A stretch of 64,000 nucleotides of DNA, from contig OZ241829.1 in the NCBI GenBank assembly GCA_965202585.1, forward strand, positions 31,062,001-31,126,000, given 5' to 3'. Position 1 is the first letter of the stretch. Every line of letters begins with the position of its first letter. The notes beneath the pieces are model-generated. The model saw only the letters and a program-made list of their open reading frames with translations, was not told where the DNA came from and searched no databases. Below are positions 51,901 through 64,000 of the stretch, in pieces. Source of the DNA: Thalia democratica. Lineage: Eukaryota. A program made the translations under genes and the position numbers.

Positions 51901-54900
51901 TAGGCCATGTTAATTGTTATATTTTAGAATAAATTAATTAAATTGTAAAGAATTTTAAAAAGTTAAGCTTTAATTTTTTTTAAGTCGCACTTGATTTTCA
52001 TATTAATGATTGTGGTTAGAAAAATATACTAATGCAGACAAGTATTATATGAGAAGTTGAGACATGAGTTGTATCTTTAGAAATTTATAAATAACTTTTT
52101 ATTTTTAATAATTTAATTACTGTTAATGTTTAAACTAATTTCATGTTTTTTAAATTGTCCTTTTTTTAAATAAATATTTATTTTAATTCAAACCATGTAA
52201 ACAAACAGTCTGAGCAACTCGTCAGACGAAGCAACTGGAATGCTGTTGTACAAATACCAGCTTCCGAGCGGCTTCAGTTACAAACCACTTGGTGAGTTTG
52301 AAGCGATGGTTATACAGATACCGGTTTGGGATGATAGCATGAAATTTCTCAGCATAGGCGGCGCAGAACCAAAGAAAATTGAAATGCAAAAAGACACTCT
52401 TAATGTTTATTTCGATGAGGTTTATTTCTTAATATTATATTATGTACTTATTATTTTAAATTTTGTGTCTGCTTTAAAATTCATTGTTTGTTTTTTTTCT
52501 AAAACTTTAGTCCAACTCAAGTTTTAGAATCATTTTTTTCAGTTGAGTGGTGAAGACAAAGTATGCAACCATATTCGATTAGAGAGAACTCAGAAGGTAG
52601 CATCGACACAGCCTGGATCTATAACAGTGATGGACTATTATAAACCAAGTAATAAAGTGATAGCATTAATAGACTTACTTTCTTTAAAATAAACTAAAAA
52701 TCAAGCAAAAATATATTTAACAGTTTTTATCAAGTTTTGACACAAACATGTTGAGTCCAATAACACAGAGTTTTTTCAATACACAGAGTTAAATGTTTTA
52801 AGAAAAACTAGTGGCTTGTTTAGCTAAATAAAAAAAAGATATATATCTTGCTTACGGAAAGAACTAAAATTAATTAAGTATTTGTTGGTTTTTTTTACAT
52901 TATTTTTACATGGTTTGCAACTAAAAACTTACTTTATCTTGAAATATTTGCAAAATATTTAAAAAAACTAAATTTTCAACATTAGTTACAAAAGAAAACA
53001 CTGCTAGAGAAAATGTTTTATTAACAGAAAGGTCGTTCGTGATGCCCTACTCCTTACGAGCTCTGGAAACTTCAGATATTTGCCAAGTTTGTCCTGAATG
53101 TGGAGGTTGCGCAGGTAACAAATAAGACCAAATTATTTAAAAAAGTAAATAAGCTGCTTCTAATCATAAATGGTGCATTGACTACTTCAAACTCAAGTTT
53201 AAACAATTAATGTGTTTGTGTAAGCTGTTTTTAAAACAAATGCATGTTATAAGGCACATGTTATAGCATATTCTAACAAATTTTTAGTAATATTAGTATA
53301 CAGTGTTTAAAATTTATACAAACATATACTTAAAGTTTAAAATAGTAAAACTTTATTTGTAGTTTTCACTTTGTATTCTAAATAAAACTTCCGTATAGCA
53401 TACAAAAAAGCACCTGGATCACTGGACTACTGTCCTCTATTTTGCAAAAATGATATTGACGATCGGGTTGCTGACAGTTGCCAAGGAAAGTTCTTCTCCA
53501 GTTGTCCGGGTAAGTTAAACATCAATACCTCAGATCACCACAAACTATACTAAATTTCCTTACATTGCTATACATAACTAGCTTTAATGTTTTAATCTAG
53601 TTACTTATGTTTGAAATTTTAAGACATGGATGACACAATGTGGGACGCGCTCGGTCCTGAACACCAGCGTGGCAGGGCTTTGGGCGAAGAATGCCACCTT
53701 GTGGACGGTCCCGAAAATCGCGTCTACAGCGAGAAATTCCCAGGTATATTAGCTGTATTGAGTTTAGGTTTTAATAAAATTTATGGAACAAATCAAAATT
53801 TAAAAAAAGGTTAATTTTTTTTTTCTATTTTATCTTATATTTAATAACGTTTTACAAAAAAATGTCAAATAAAAAACTAAAATTTAAACTTGTTTATTCT
53901 AATTAATCACAGCCATGAACCTCGACTTGAAAGAAGAAAAGCCATATTTGAACTGCAGTCGATTAGCGTTCGAACTTGAAAACGTTCCACAATTTTCATT
54001 TTCTTTTATTGTCAAGATGAACTCGTTTGGAAAGAAAACAACAAAAGTTTTTAACTATGGTAATAATGACCACAAAAGTTACAGGTCCACATTTTACATG
54101 TACCACACTTCCAGGTATGTTCTGCGGTTGAAACTACTTTATGAGTCTTACAAAATTTATTTTGTATTAAAAAGTAATCGAGTCTCGACTGTAAAACGTT
54201 TTGCAATTTTTTTAGGCCGCGGTCAGGTTTCAGATTATACATGCATAGGAACGGAAGAAGACATGGAGTTTTGAGAATCAAACCTTCGTTAGTTTATGTT
54301 GACCAAAAAAAACATTTAATAAACTTTAGTACGTCTTTCTGCAATCAAAATTTTTCTACTGAGTATTTATAGACAGTAGGAACTTTTAACTTACAACTAC
54401 TTTTTTATATTAATCTGATTAAAAAAGCTTCAAATTTTATAAATCTATCAACTCATAGTGTAGGTAAAAAAAGATAAAGACTTGTGACCTGCTAGTTTTA
54501 TGATTCTTTTTTTACTTTTTCGATATTTTTCTTAAACTATATTTTATTGCATTAAAAATTTTGAACATATCTGATCGCATTTCTGGGAATTTTTAGGCTA
54601 TTTGATAACAAGTTTGCACACGTTTTGATCACTTACGATGGCGAGCAAATGAAACTCTACGTGAATGGTCAGTCAACTGGTATCGCATACTCGGATACAA
54701 GAGCAGTGAGGTATCCTCGAGACGGTCCCAAGCAGTTTTTCTTCGGAAGAAACGCTAGATTTGGTGGAGTCAGAAGTAGACAAAGCAGAAATGGTGACAT
54801 TTATTAAACATTTTGAATTATTTGTTTTAAAATTGTTAACTTTTCAAAAATGTAACTATTCGCCATTACTGTAAAGAAAAAGTTTTAGTTTAATTATGAC

Positions 54901-57900
54901 TAGCTTTTTAAATTTCATTAAAAAAAAAGTTTTACTACTGAACTATTAAAAGTATAAATAGATTCACTCTACACTTCATATGAACTTAAGAAAATTAGTT
55001 AAAGTACAAAATAAATAACAAGTAATTTTTAATTAAATCAGTTAATTTAAAACTGAACGTTTAAGTAGACTATGAACAACTAAAACTCTTCATAAATTTT
55101 ATAAGAAATATTGCAATTTGTATATACAGAATTTCCTGGAAGTTTCTCTTCCTTGTTGTTCTGGAAGAAGGCGCTCACTTCCAACGACGTGTCATCAGTT
55201 TATGACATCTACAAGGAGGAGCTCACTCAGGCGAATCGCGACAAAATGGTCCTTTACAATCCTCAAATGGCGCTTTTCCTGACGTCAGGGCGCAACTTGA
55301 TGGCAGGTTGTTCACCGTTCCACAGCCTCCAGAACTTGGACACTTTCGTGAGAGTTAAAAAACTGTACAAGATCGCCGAAACCTGCCCTGCCCCTGTGCC
55401 ATTTTAAAATGCGTTTTTGAGCAACTTAATTACTGTTGTTTTTATTCTATGTGTTTTTTTTACAATGTTTGATATTTAACGTGAAGATTTTATTCATTCT
55501 GTTAACTGTATATTTTTCGTTGCTGTACATATTCTAGTTAAACTTATAGAAATAAAGGTTATTATAATTACATCGTTTACTTTACTGCAAGTAATATTTG
55601 ATGTTTAAAAAAAGTATAAACTTTAAAAGAAATTTTTAGTAAATTTTTTTAAAAGTGTTGATTTATGAAATAATAATAATAGAATAAATAGCAACTAAGA
55701 TATTCTTAAAGTAAAGCGTATATACGTATATAGTGTCTTTTTGCATTTCAATTTTCTTTGGTTCTGCGCCGCCTATGCTGAGAAATTTCATGCTATCATC
55801 CCAAACCGGTATCTGTATAACCATCGCTTCAAACTCACCAAGTGGTTTGTAACTGAAGCCGCTCGGAAGCTGGTATTTGTACAACAGCATTCCAGTTGCT
55901 TCGTCTGACGAGTTGCTCAGACTGTTTGTTTACATGGTTTGAATTAAAATAAATATTTATTTAAAAAAAGGACAATTTAAAAAACATGAAATTAGTTTAA
56001 ACATTAACAGTAATTAAATTATTAAAAATAAAAAGTTATTTATAAATTTCTAAAGATACAACTCATGTCTCAACTTCTCATATAATACTTGTCTGCATTA
56101 GTATATTTTTCTAACCACAATCATTAATATGAAAATCAAGTGCGACTTAAAAAAAATTAAAGCTTAACTTTTTAAAATTCTTTACAATTTAATTAATTTA
56201 TTCTAAAATATAACAATTAACATGGCCTACCTGCAACAAAGGTCCAATCTGGCATGGTCTAAGCTGTGGTCGTAATTGTTCAAGTCACATTGGAAAGGAG
56301 ATTGCTCATAAGGGGATTCTACTTGGTTGTAGCAGATAGACAGTTGTGCCACGCCCATACCAGAACCGCTTGCTTCCACCATCACGTAACCCGTGTCAGC
56401 TTCAAGCTTTTAAAATAATTTGTTTTTATTTACTTTTGGTCGCTTTCTTTAAAATGAAAGAAAAACTCCAACACTGAAAATAACTCACGCATAATTTTTT
56501 TTTGCTTTTTTTATATAAATAACATAATACAATTTTTGTAGTATTTATGCTTTTATCACCATCATATAGTTTTTCTTTTTTTTCTATCATAGAAAATATT
56601 TTTGAACATTATAGTTCAACAAACTAATTGAGGTCACTAACATCAAATTGAGATAGAACTTGGAAGTTGTTTTTGTTGAGGTTGATATTTCGGTTAGATG
56701 TTCCTTGTGTAAACATAACGTTCAGATTTTGTTCGCCGAATGATATTTCACTTGCAAAGGCCGACATCGCTTGAATTGCAATCACTGTGTCCTAAAATAA
56801 AAGTTATTTTGTGCACTGTATATTTTTTATTTAAAGATGAAAAAAATTGCTCAAAATATTTGGTCGTAGGACATGGTAAACGAAAAACCTTTTGACTATT
56901 GAGTCGTAAACCACTTGGATACCATCTAAAGTCTTGTCCAGGACTATTCATAAAAAGCTCGACTATAATACTAACAATACTTGTAGTTTAATTAAAACCT
57001 ATGCAAAACTTATTTTATCGAAAGTTTTGCAGCTCCGTTATCTGTCATCAGTTTGGATAATATAGAATTTATAAAGAAAACTAGTCTGCATAAATCCTTA
57101 AATCCTTAATGGATAAACTCTGTTGTTTTTCGTGTCAAATGTTTAAAATTATTTATTATATTCATTGTAAGCGTAAAAAAGTTTATTCTTTCTAATTTTA
57201 TTCGTGAAAATTGTAACTTAGTTACCTGGGTGTTGCTGTAACCTCCAAAAGCGTTCCTCTTGGACGCGAGCCACTTCAAAATGGGCAGCGCTTCAACTTT
57301 CAATCCGCGATACACGTACGTCAGCAGCGCGTATGACGTAGTTTCCACGTTTTTGCTGGACTCTTTGTGGTAGTGAGATCTGTAAGACTCCTTGTATTTT
57401 GTAGACGATGAGTCTTTTTCGCCCCAGTAAGTGTTCGCACCTTGTATAATTGTAGTTTTAGTTTTAGTCGAAAACTTAATTCATAATTGAATAAAAATAT
57501 GAAGTGAAAGTACCTTCGTTAACTTTAATGGCTTCCAACATTGCAAAAGCGTCGTCAATATAGTCGCTTTCTAACAAATGCAGTGCGTAAGTCAAAATTG
57601 AAAGCTCATAGGGTTTGTCGCTAACTGAAACTAAGTTTCTTTCCAGTTTAGTTCTTATCTTAGAAAATATCTTTAAATCTTTTGGTTCGTCCTGTTTATT
57701 AATCTAAATTTTAAAAAATATAAATCATAAAAACTATTATTACTGCGAAAAGATCATAAAAAAAGAAAAAAAGTATGTAGCGTACGGCTGTTTTTAAAGT
57801 AAAACTCGTAAAAATTTATTTGTTACAAAAATAATATTGATTAAAATGTTTCGATATAATGTTATTTATATATTAAACTATTTAAACTTAGATTATGGTG

Positions 57901-58148
57901 CTAAAAATAAATTAGATCAACATTTATTATTATTATTTGTGTTTTTGTTTAACAAACTTTACCTCAGGCCAACTTTCTAGAAAAGCAATCGCTACATAAG
58001 CTGACATTGTCAAATCGCTGTTAACTCCACCCTGAAAAATATCATACTACTTTTTTAAATAATATTAAACATAACATAGAGCAAATATAACATAATAGCT
58101 TTACTTAATAACATCTTAAACAACTATTGTAAAATGGTAAATACTGTA
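48924..58148 (+). repeat. Apparently identical direct repeat of 39599-48823 (offset 9325), including a second copy of the TEP 3' exons (stop at 55407)
   Basis: All ORF-track entries recur at +9325 with identical translations. Even the arm-specific SNP states are reproduced. Both copies abut the gap. Confidence 0.93.
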
Positions 58149-61100
58149 TTGATAAATTAAGCTAATGACTTGTTATTTCTGTAAAAACCATTTATTATAA
58201 TAACTACCGGATCCGAATCAGGCTAAATTCGGCCGTTTTTTATTGGAACCGGATCCGGTCGAATCCCAATTAAAAAGAACTACAGCCATTTTTTTAACTT
58301 GAACCACAAGAACGCATTTAAGAAAAAAAATACTTGTTCAAGGTTTAAAACATACACCAGGTATATTAGGGTCAGTAACAAGTTTAACCCATGAAATATG
58401 ATTTTATTAATATTAATTTATTTTTAATTTTTATTTCAAAAAAAATTAAGCCCGCTGACTGAAAAAGATGCTTATCTCTGACCAAAAGTGCTTTTTGCAT
58501 TATTTTACAAAGTATAACAAAATTTAAAAGTGTCATATTTTAATTATAAAAGAAACGCTACTAGATTTTCTAATTTCCATTCATCACTGTTACTAAACTA
58601 TTACAAAAGATTGAACTACGACATTTATCTAGTTATACCAAGAATTGTTTTGTTTCATACAGATCAGTTTTGTTTTATTTATTGTATAATGTACACCAAT
58701 TTATTCTGATCTATAACTATGTATTTATTTAAAAAAATTATTACTGATCAAATTTGTTGTTACACTTAAGATGTTTTTAGAATGTTTGAAAGTGTTTTTT
58801 GTACATAGTTTGATTTTAAAGCTATATAAAATGAGTGTAATTAGTTTATAAAGTTCAATAATTAATACTTCTGTAACAAAATTATTAGTATCTCGTTTTT
58901 TTAATGCAAAAAGAACTCTGTGTATTTAATCATGGTTTAGTGTAATGTGCAAAAATTCTAAATAGTGATCCATCAGATCTAAGATTAAAATCCGACTGGA
59001 TCCGACCATTTTTCTGCTTAGATCCAGATCTGCCGGTATCTTGTTTAAAAAAATCTAAATCTAATAGATAACCATTATTAAGCTTTGCAGAAGGCAATAA
59101 CATTACAAACTTTAAACCAAACAACTACGATTTATGGAAACTTATTATAGTACAAAACCTACCTGCAAATTTTTGTTCCACAGTTTGCCCTCTTCGACAA
59201 ACTTTCCGTCTTGATACTGACGTAGAATGTAACTACGAGCCCTGTCCACGTGCTGTTGAATTTGATCTTCGATCCCAGCGTCCAGGCCCCGGGCGTGCGA
59301 GAAGACCTTCGTTACGAAAGTGGTCAGCCACAGCGACCCGTGATCGTCTCTTTTGCCGAAAGCGCTGAACGATCCGTCATTGCGCTGGTAGCTGCGGAAG
59401 TTTGAAAACAGTTTATTAAATTTTGAGCAGATTTTATGAGTTTTTAAAGCTTAGAATAACGAACAGGCTAAAAAAGCCTGGAACTATAGAAGATAAAATT
59501 GTAAGAGAAAATAACTATTTCCCGTACAAAAGTAATTAGTCTTTCACTCAAAAATTTTATGTTAACTATAAATTAGTCTAAGATAAAAATTTAAAATAAC
59601 TTCTAATTATTCGATAATAACAATTTTATAAAAGTTCTAAATTCAACACTTGAAAAAATAAAAAACTTAAACAGTTTTTTATGAAAAAAAAATTTAAAGT
59701 ATTATCTAGAAGCTGTGAACAAAAACATTATAGTTTTTTCAAATGTTTCAAAAACCTTTGTTTAAAACGTTTGTTAGAGCTTTGAGAAAGTGTATGAAGC
59801 TTCAAGGTTTTATAGTTTTTTATAAAAACAGGTAGTTAAGTTAAAGTAAAGTTAAATTTGGTCTAGCTTGAAAATAGAACACTTTAAAAAAATATTTAGT
59901 GCATTGTTAAAAAAGAATTAGATACATACTAATAAAAAAATTGCTTTAGTTTTAGACTTCTAGTATATACTTAAACGGAGATAAGTTTAGTTTAATATTT
60001 AAATGTCTACTTAGACAGATAAAACACAAGGTAAAGAGTTGATATATTAAAATAATTTCGCACGCAGTTAAATAAAATGCAATGTTGAAGAACTTAGTAA
60101 ACTTTTTCTACTCACAAAACTCTAGTAAGTAGGCAGTCAAGTGTAATTAATTCAATATAGGTGTTCAAGCAGCAGTTTGAGGACTAGAACCTATAAAAGT
60201 TTCTTTAAAAGAAAAATTCATTTCTACATACTTTTGTAGTTTTTAGGAATAAATTATTTAAATTAGCAGTAGTGCTTTCTATAATGTTGTGAACCAAGTT
60301 AAATTCGTATAATACTATATCTAACATTTAAAAAAATTTCTTTTTCTTTTGTTATAAAACTAAGGAAATTTGAATAAAAATTATATTTAATTGAAACTAT
60401 TGAAACTAAAAAAGCTACATAAAAAAATTAACTAATGTTTTTAAAAGTCTTGTTTAAACTGCTATGCAAATGTACAAGTCATAGGCTATCTTAATAGATA
60501 TTATTTTAAACCATAAATGTTTTCTATAAAATTTCTTAAGTTGGTTTATTGAACAGTATCTGTATTTCAAAAATAGTGCTGCATATGATTTTTCAGTATA
60601 AAACAGATTTTAATGTTAACATATGTACATTGAAAAAGTCAGATAGTTGTGTTAGTATCTATTTGTTTTTGGTAATTAATTATCCATACAGTACTTACTT
60701 GAGTTGATTTTGAAACCCTTTTAAAAAGTGTTTGTACGCTTTGTCTTTGAGCACTTTGGTCAAAAAGTTCGTTTTCTCCAAGTACAAGGTGATGAAAACA
60801 TCAGGTGCGAAAGAAACCATGTTCTGCTCTCCACACCCGGTCGGTTCTTTCAACAAATCGCCCAAATTGTTCACGGTGCTTCCCATCACATCACCTGCAT
60901 TAGTTGTTTTGATAAGCATTATTTTAAAATGACTATAACAAAAATAAAACACGTTTAATTAAAAAGTTTCATCGGTCTATTTCTTAAAAGGTTATCTGTT
61001 ATTTTTTAGACTTTAAGACACTCAGCAGTTTTTACAAATTAATTAAAATGTTTAAAAAATAAAATATGTTTAATTTTTGTTATTAACTAAAATAATTTGT

Positions 61101-62321
61101 ATAAAAATTAGTGGAAAAACTGTATTTAACGAATCATACCGTAAATGAACAGAGACGCTCTTTCGGATCCTGGCACAACGTTTTCAGGGTAAATTATCTC
61201 GAATGCGTCCGAAAGTGTTTCACCTTCTTCATTCGTAAAAAGAACTGACTCCGAAAAGCACTGTTCAATTCCTTCAGGCTGTTAGTGTTAAGGTGTTGTT
61301 ACTAGAAAGCATATTTTTACTTGAGCCAAGCTGTATACACAGTTTATTAAATTATAAGTATATAGTGTCCTGTCAAAAAACAAAATTAAAAGCATTATAA
61401 TTAATTGCTGCTGACTATTTTTAAACTATGTGTTTTAAATGAAACTAGATATAAAGTTTTACAATTTATAAGATATACAAATCTAACGTTGACGTGCACA
61501 GTTCTGATGAGTGAATCGTAAGCACGGTTGGACAGCGCCACCACTTTTATGTCCACGTCACCGATGGTCGTCATTCTGATTGGGAAGGAAACGGAAATGG
61601 AGCTGTCGGCGGGAATGGTGATCCTGCGGTCTGGACCGGCAACGTCCAGATCGTCCACTGGCATTTCCAGTTTGAAGTCGTCGCTTTCGACTAGTTTCAA
61701 TGAAGCCTAGGAAAAATTAATAATAAGATAAAATAATTATAGTTGTGCGGTATATGTTTTGTACATAATGTTTTTTATACTTTTTAAATGCTTTGATTTA
61801 TTTTTCTGTAAAATTATTTAAAGTATTTTTATAGTTTTATATTAATGCAAAACTTTAGAAGTTTATTATAAACCAAAAATAAAAGATATCTTTTTTTTTT
61901 ACAAAAGTGTTCTTACTGTCAAGTCTCGTTTGAAATAGTTGAAGACGACTGCTTGCACGATGATAATCTCACCTCTGATTACTTTCAGTGGCATGTTCAA
62001 GTTGACAAAGAAATTTCGAAATACTGTAACCTTAAATTTTTAACGATGCTCATTGATTTGATTAATGTTTTCTGTATTTTGATTAAAAATTTAAAGTGTT
62101 CTTTTAGCTGTTTTAAATGTTTAACACTTTATACACTTACATTAACTACTTATTCACTTTTTGTTCACAGTTAACTAAAGTAGTTAAGATATTCTAGTAC
62201 ACAAACTTTAGATATGTCAGCTACTCCAAGACCACCATTTTGTGAAACAGCGAATGCACTTATCTCCCAAGAAGTTATTGTGTCAGGTACTTTTGTGTTC
62301 AGTTCAAATTCTCCATTTTCG
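55663..62321 (-). CDS. Inverted TEP copy (MG7 to mid-MG8, GCGEQ at 60824-60838), 3'-truncated; its 5' part may lie beyond the window
   Basis: Mirror of exons 36484-43073 with splice sites and frames intact. Breakpoint at 55732, stop at 55663-55665. Confidence 0.8.
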
Positions 62322-64000
62322 CTTTATTGTTTATAAATAAGATGTTATCATTGTTATTAGAAATTAAAAAACTATTTTTGGTGTAACATTTCAAGTTTTT
62401 TTTAATAAATGTTTATTAAGGTGTTTTATTTTTCATATCATATTATAATCTTCAGAGAAATATAACAGTCATACAAAATAAAAATACTAGACTAATAATT
62501 TTTTTTACTTTATTTAAAAATTATTTTAAAACTTTTTAAACCTGTTTCTGAATCACAGTATCAAAAAATTCATGTTATAAAACAAAAACTTTTTAACTAG
62601 ATAAAAAACGTTTAGTGCTTTTAGTTTTTCATTTAAAGCTTAAGCTAAATGTTTATTTTAAAACTTTGTCTTTTCAACAGATAACACTAAACATTCAATA
62701 AGGTATAAATAATTATTTTAGTCGTCTCATAAACATTTGTTTACAACATATAAAAAAAACGTATAATTTTAAAATTAATTTTTAGAAACTTTATTGCATT
62801 AATACATCAAAACAATTGAAGTGATTAAACAATTAGGTCAATTGGTTAAACTTTTTTAAAAACGTAAACAATTAGTAAAAATAGTAGGGAAAAAGTATAT
62901 TTGATCATTCAGTACAAAAGCTCGATAAAATCATGCATTGAAAAGAAAATTTTCATGCAACAGCCCGTGTAATAAATATTTGGTTTTAATGTTACGTTTT
63001 ATTACCTATCTATAGCCAACTTTCAAAAAAATTAACACTCGACGTTTTTTATGAGTTCAGGTATTAGTAAGTGAAGTTAGTGTTTTTATACCAACAGAAA
63101 GACTTTTACTTAAAAACATTACATATTGCACCCCTCTCAGTTTTAGTGGGTGTACTAAACAGTTGTTATGTTTGTTTCTTAATGTGAAAATAAATAACAT
63201 ATCTGACCAGTGTGCATGTACAATTTAGATATCTCTTTGGTGTCAAAAAGCTTAAGTAAAGGTTCTTTGCTTTAAAATTATTTGGTTCAAGCCGGATTTA
63301 AAACAACCAACTAATAAAACTTATCTTTAAAGTTACGCTTTTTTTTGTTAATTTTGTATCTAAATTAAAAAAAATATGCTTTAGAGCTAAAATTTAAAAA
63401 TTTGACATTTTTTACAGTCATTTTTTAACGCATTCTTTTCATACAGTTTCAAAGAGCTTTAAATGTAAACAAACTTTTAATTTAAAAGGAAGAATGCACA
63501 ACTTTTTTCCTTACACTTATACTTTTATTACTTTCTAGCAAAGAGTAAAGATAATAACCACTGTTTAGAAAAGTTACATCCAAGTAAATACCAACTTATA
63601 TTTTATAAAAAATAGTTAAACTTTAGTCATAACAATAAGAAAATAATGAAACGTAATGAAATCTAACTATTCAAACTGTTTTTATAGCAACTGTTAACTG
63701 TTTCTGTTTTATTTTTCTAAATTCTTTGTTTTTTAGTAATTTCAAAATATTTTAAAATGTATAAGATTTTTCGAAAAAGAAAAAAAAAACTTTTAAGAAT
63801 TTGAATTGTCGGAATTTTAGTTCTCTGAATTTGAATTGTCTTGTAAACGTCGCTCGTATATACCGTTCCTTTTAGAAGTAATACAATTGTTTGATAAAAA
63901 TGTTGTGCTAGCAGCTGACTTATGTTAAAAAAGTATAGTTTAATAAAAAAGTAGAATTTTCACTTATCAAAAGGACTTTTATAGCCTTGAATATTAAACA
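55732..64000 (-). repeat. Right arm (A') of the long inverted repeat, running off the window end
   Basis: Reverse complement of 34805-43073. The last bases of the window match 34805 onward. Confidence 0.95.

Noticed and set aside
48924-55407. A genuine second intact TEP paralogue
   Set aside because: It starts mid-exon at a 100-N gap and appears identical to 39599-46082, so a contig overlap is the simpler explanation.
1-64000. Most ORF-track entries as stand-alone genes
   Set aside because: They are exon fragments running into introns, antisense shadows of GC-rich exons, or chance frames in AT-rich DNA. The real genes are spliced.

Overview
AT-rich, intron-rich genomic DNA from an animal, probably an invertebrate (species not identifiable). 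All inferred introns are GT-AG. (1) 137-24990, minus strand: 26 coding exons of an LRP5/6 (arrow-type) Wnt co-receptor, from the signal peptide into the fourth YWTD propeller, with lineage-specific insertions. The gene continues off the left edge. (2) DNA transposons: two decayed hAT/Buster copies (3251-6544, 28279-32336), two MITEs and a short structured dispersed repeat. (3) 36484-46082, plus strand: 21 exons encoding the 3' half of a thioester protein (A2M/CD109/TEP family; intact GCGEQ; Asn at the catalytic-His position). It ends in an unusual Cys-rich segment plus a LamG/ConA-like (pentraxin-type) domain. No 5' half of this gene is visible. (4) The TEP locus is a near-perfect palindrome, A-B-A'. 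The arms are at least 8.27 kb (34805-43073 vs 55732-64000, about 99.9% identical) and flank a 3.3 kb spacer holding the last TEP exons. The inverted copy is truncated inside MG8. A 9,225-bp block (offset 9,325) is repeated on both sides of a 100-N gap and is probably an assembly overlap. Best leads: the TEP-LamG fusion, and the possibility that the inverted arms make the TEP 3' end an invertible cassette (an assembly artefact is not excluded).
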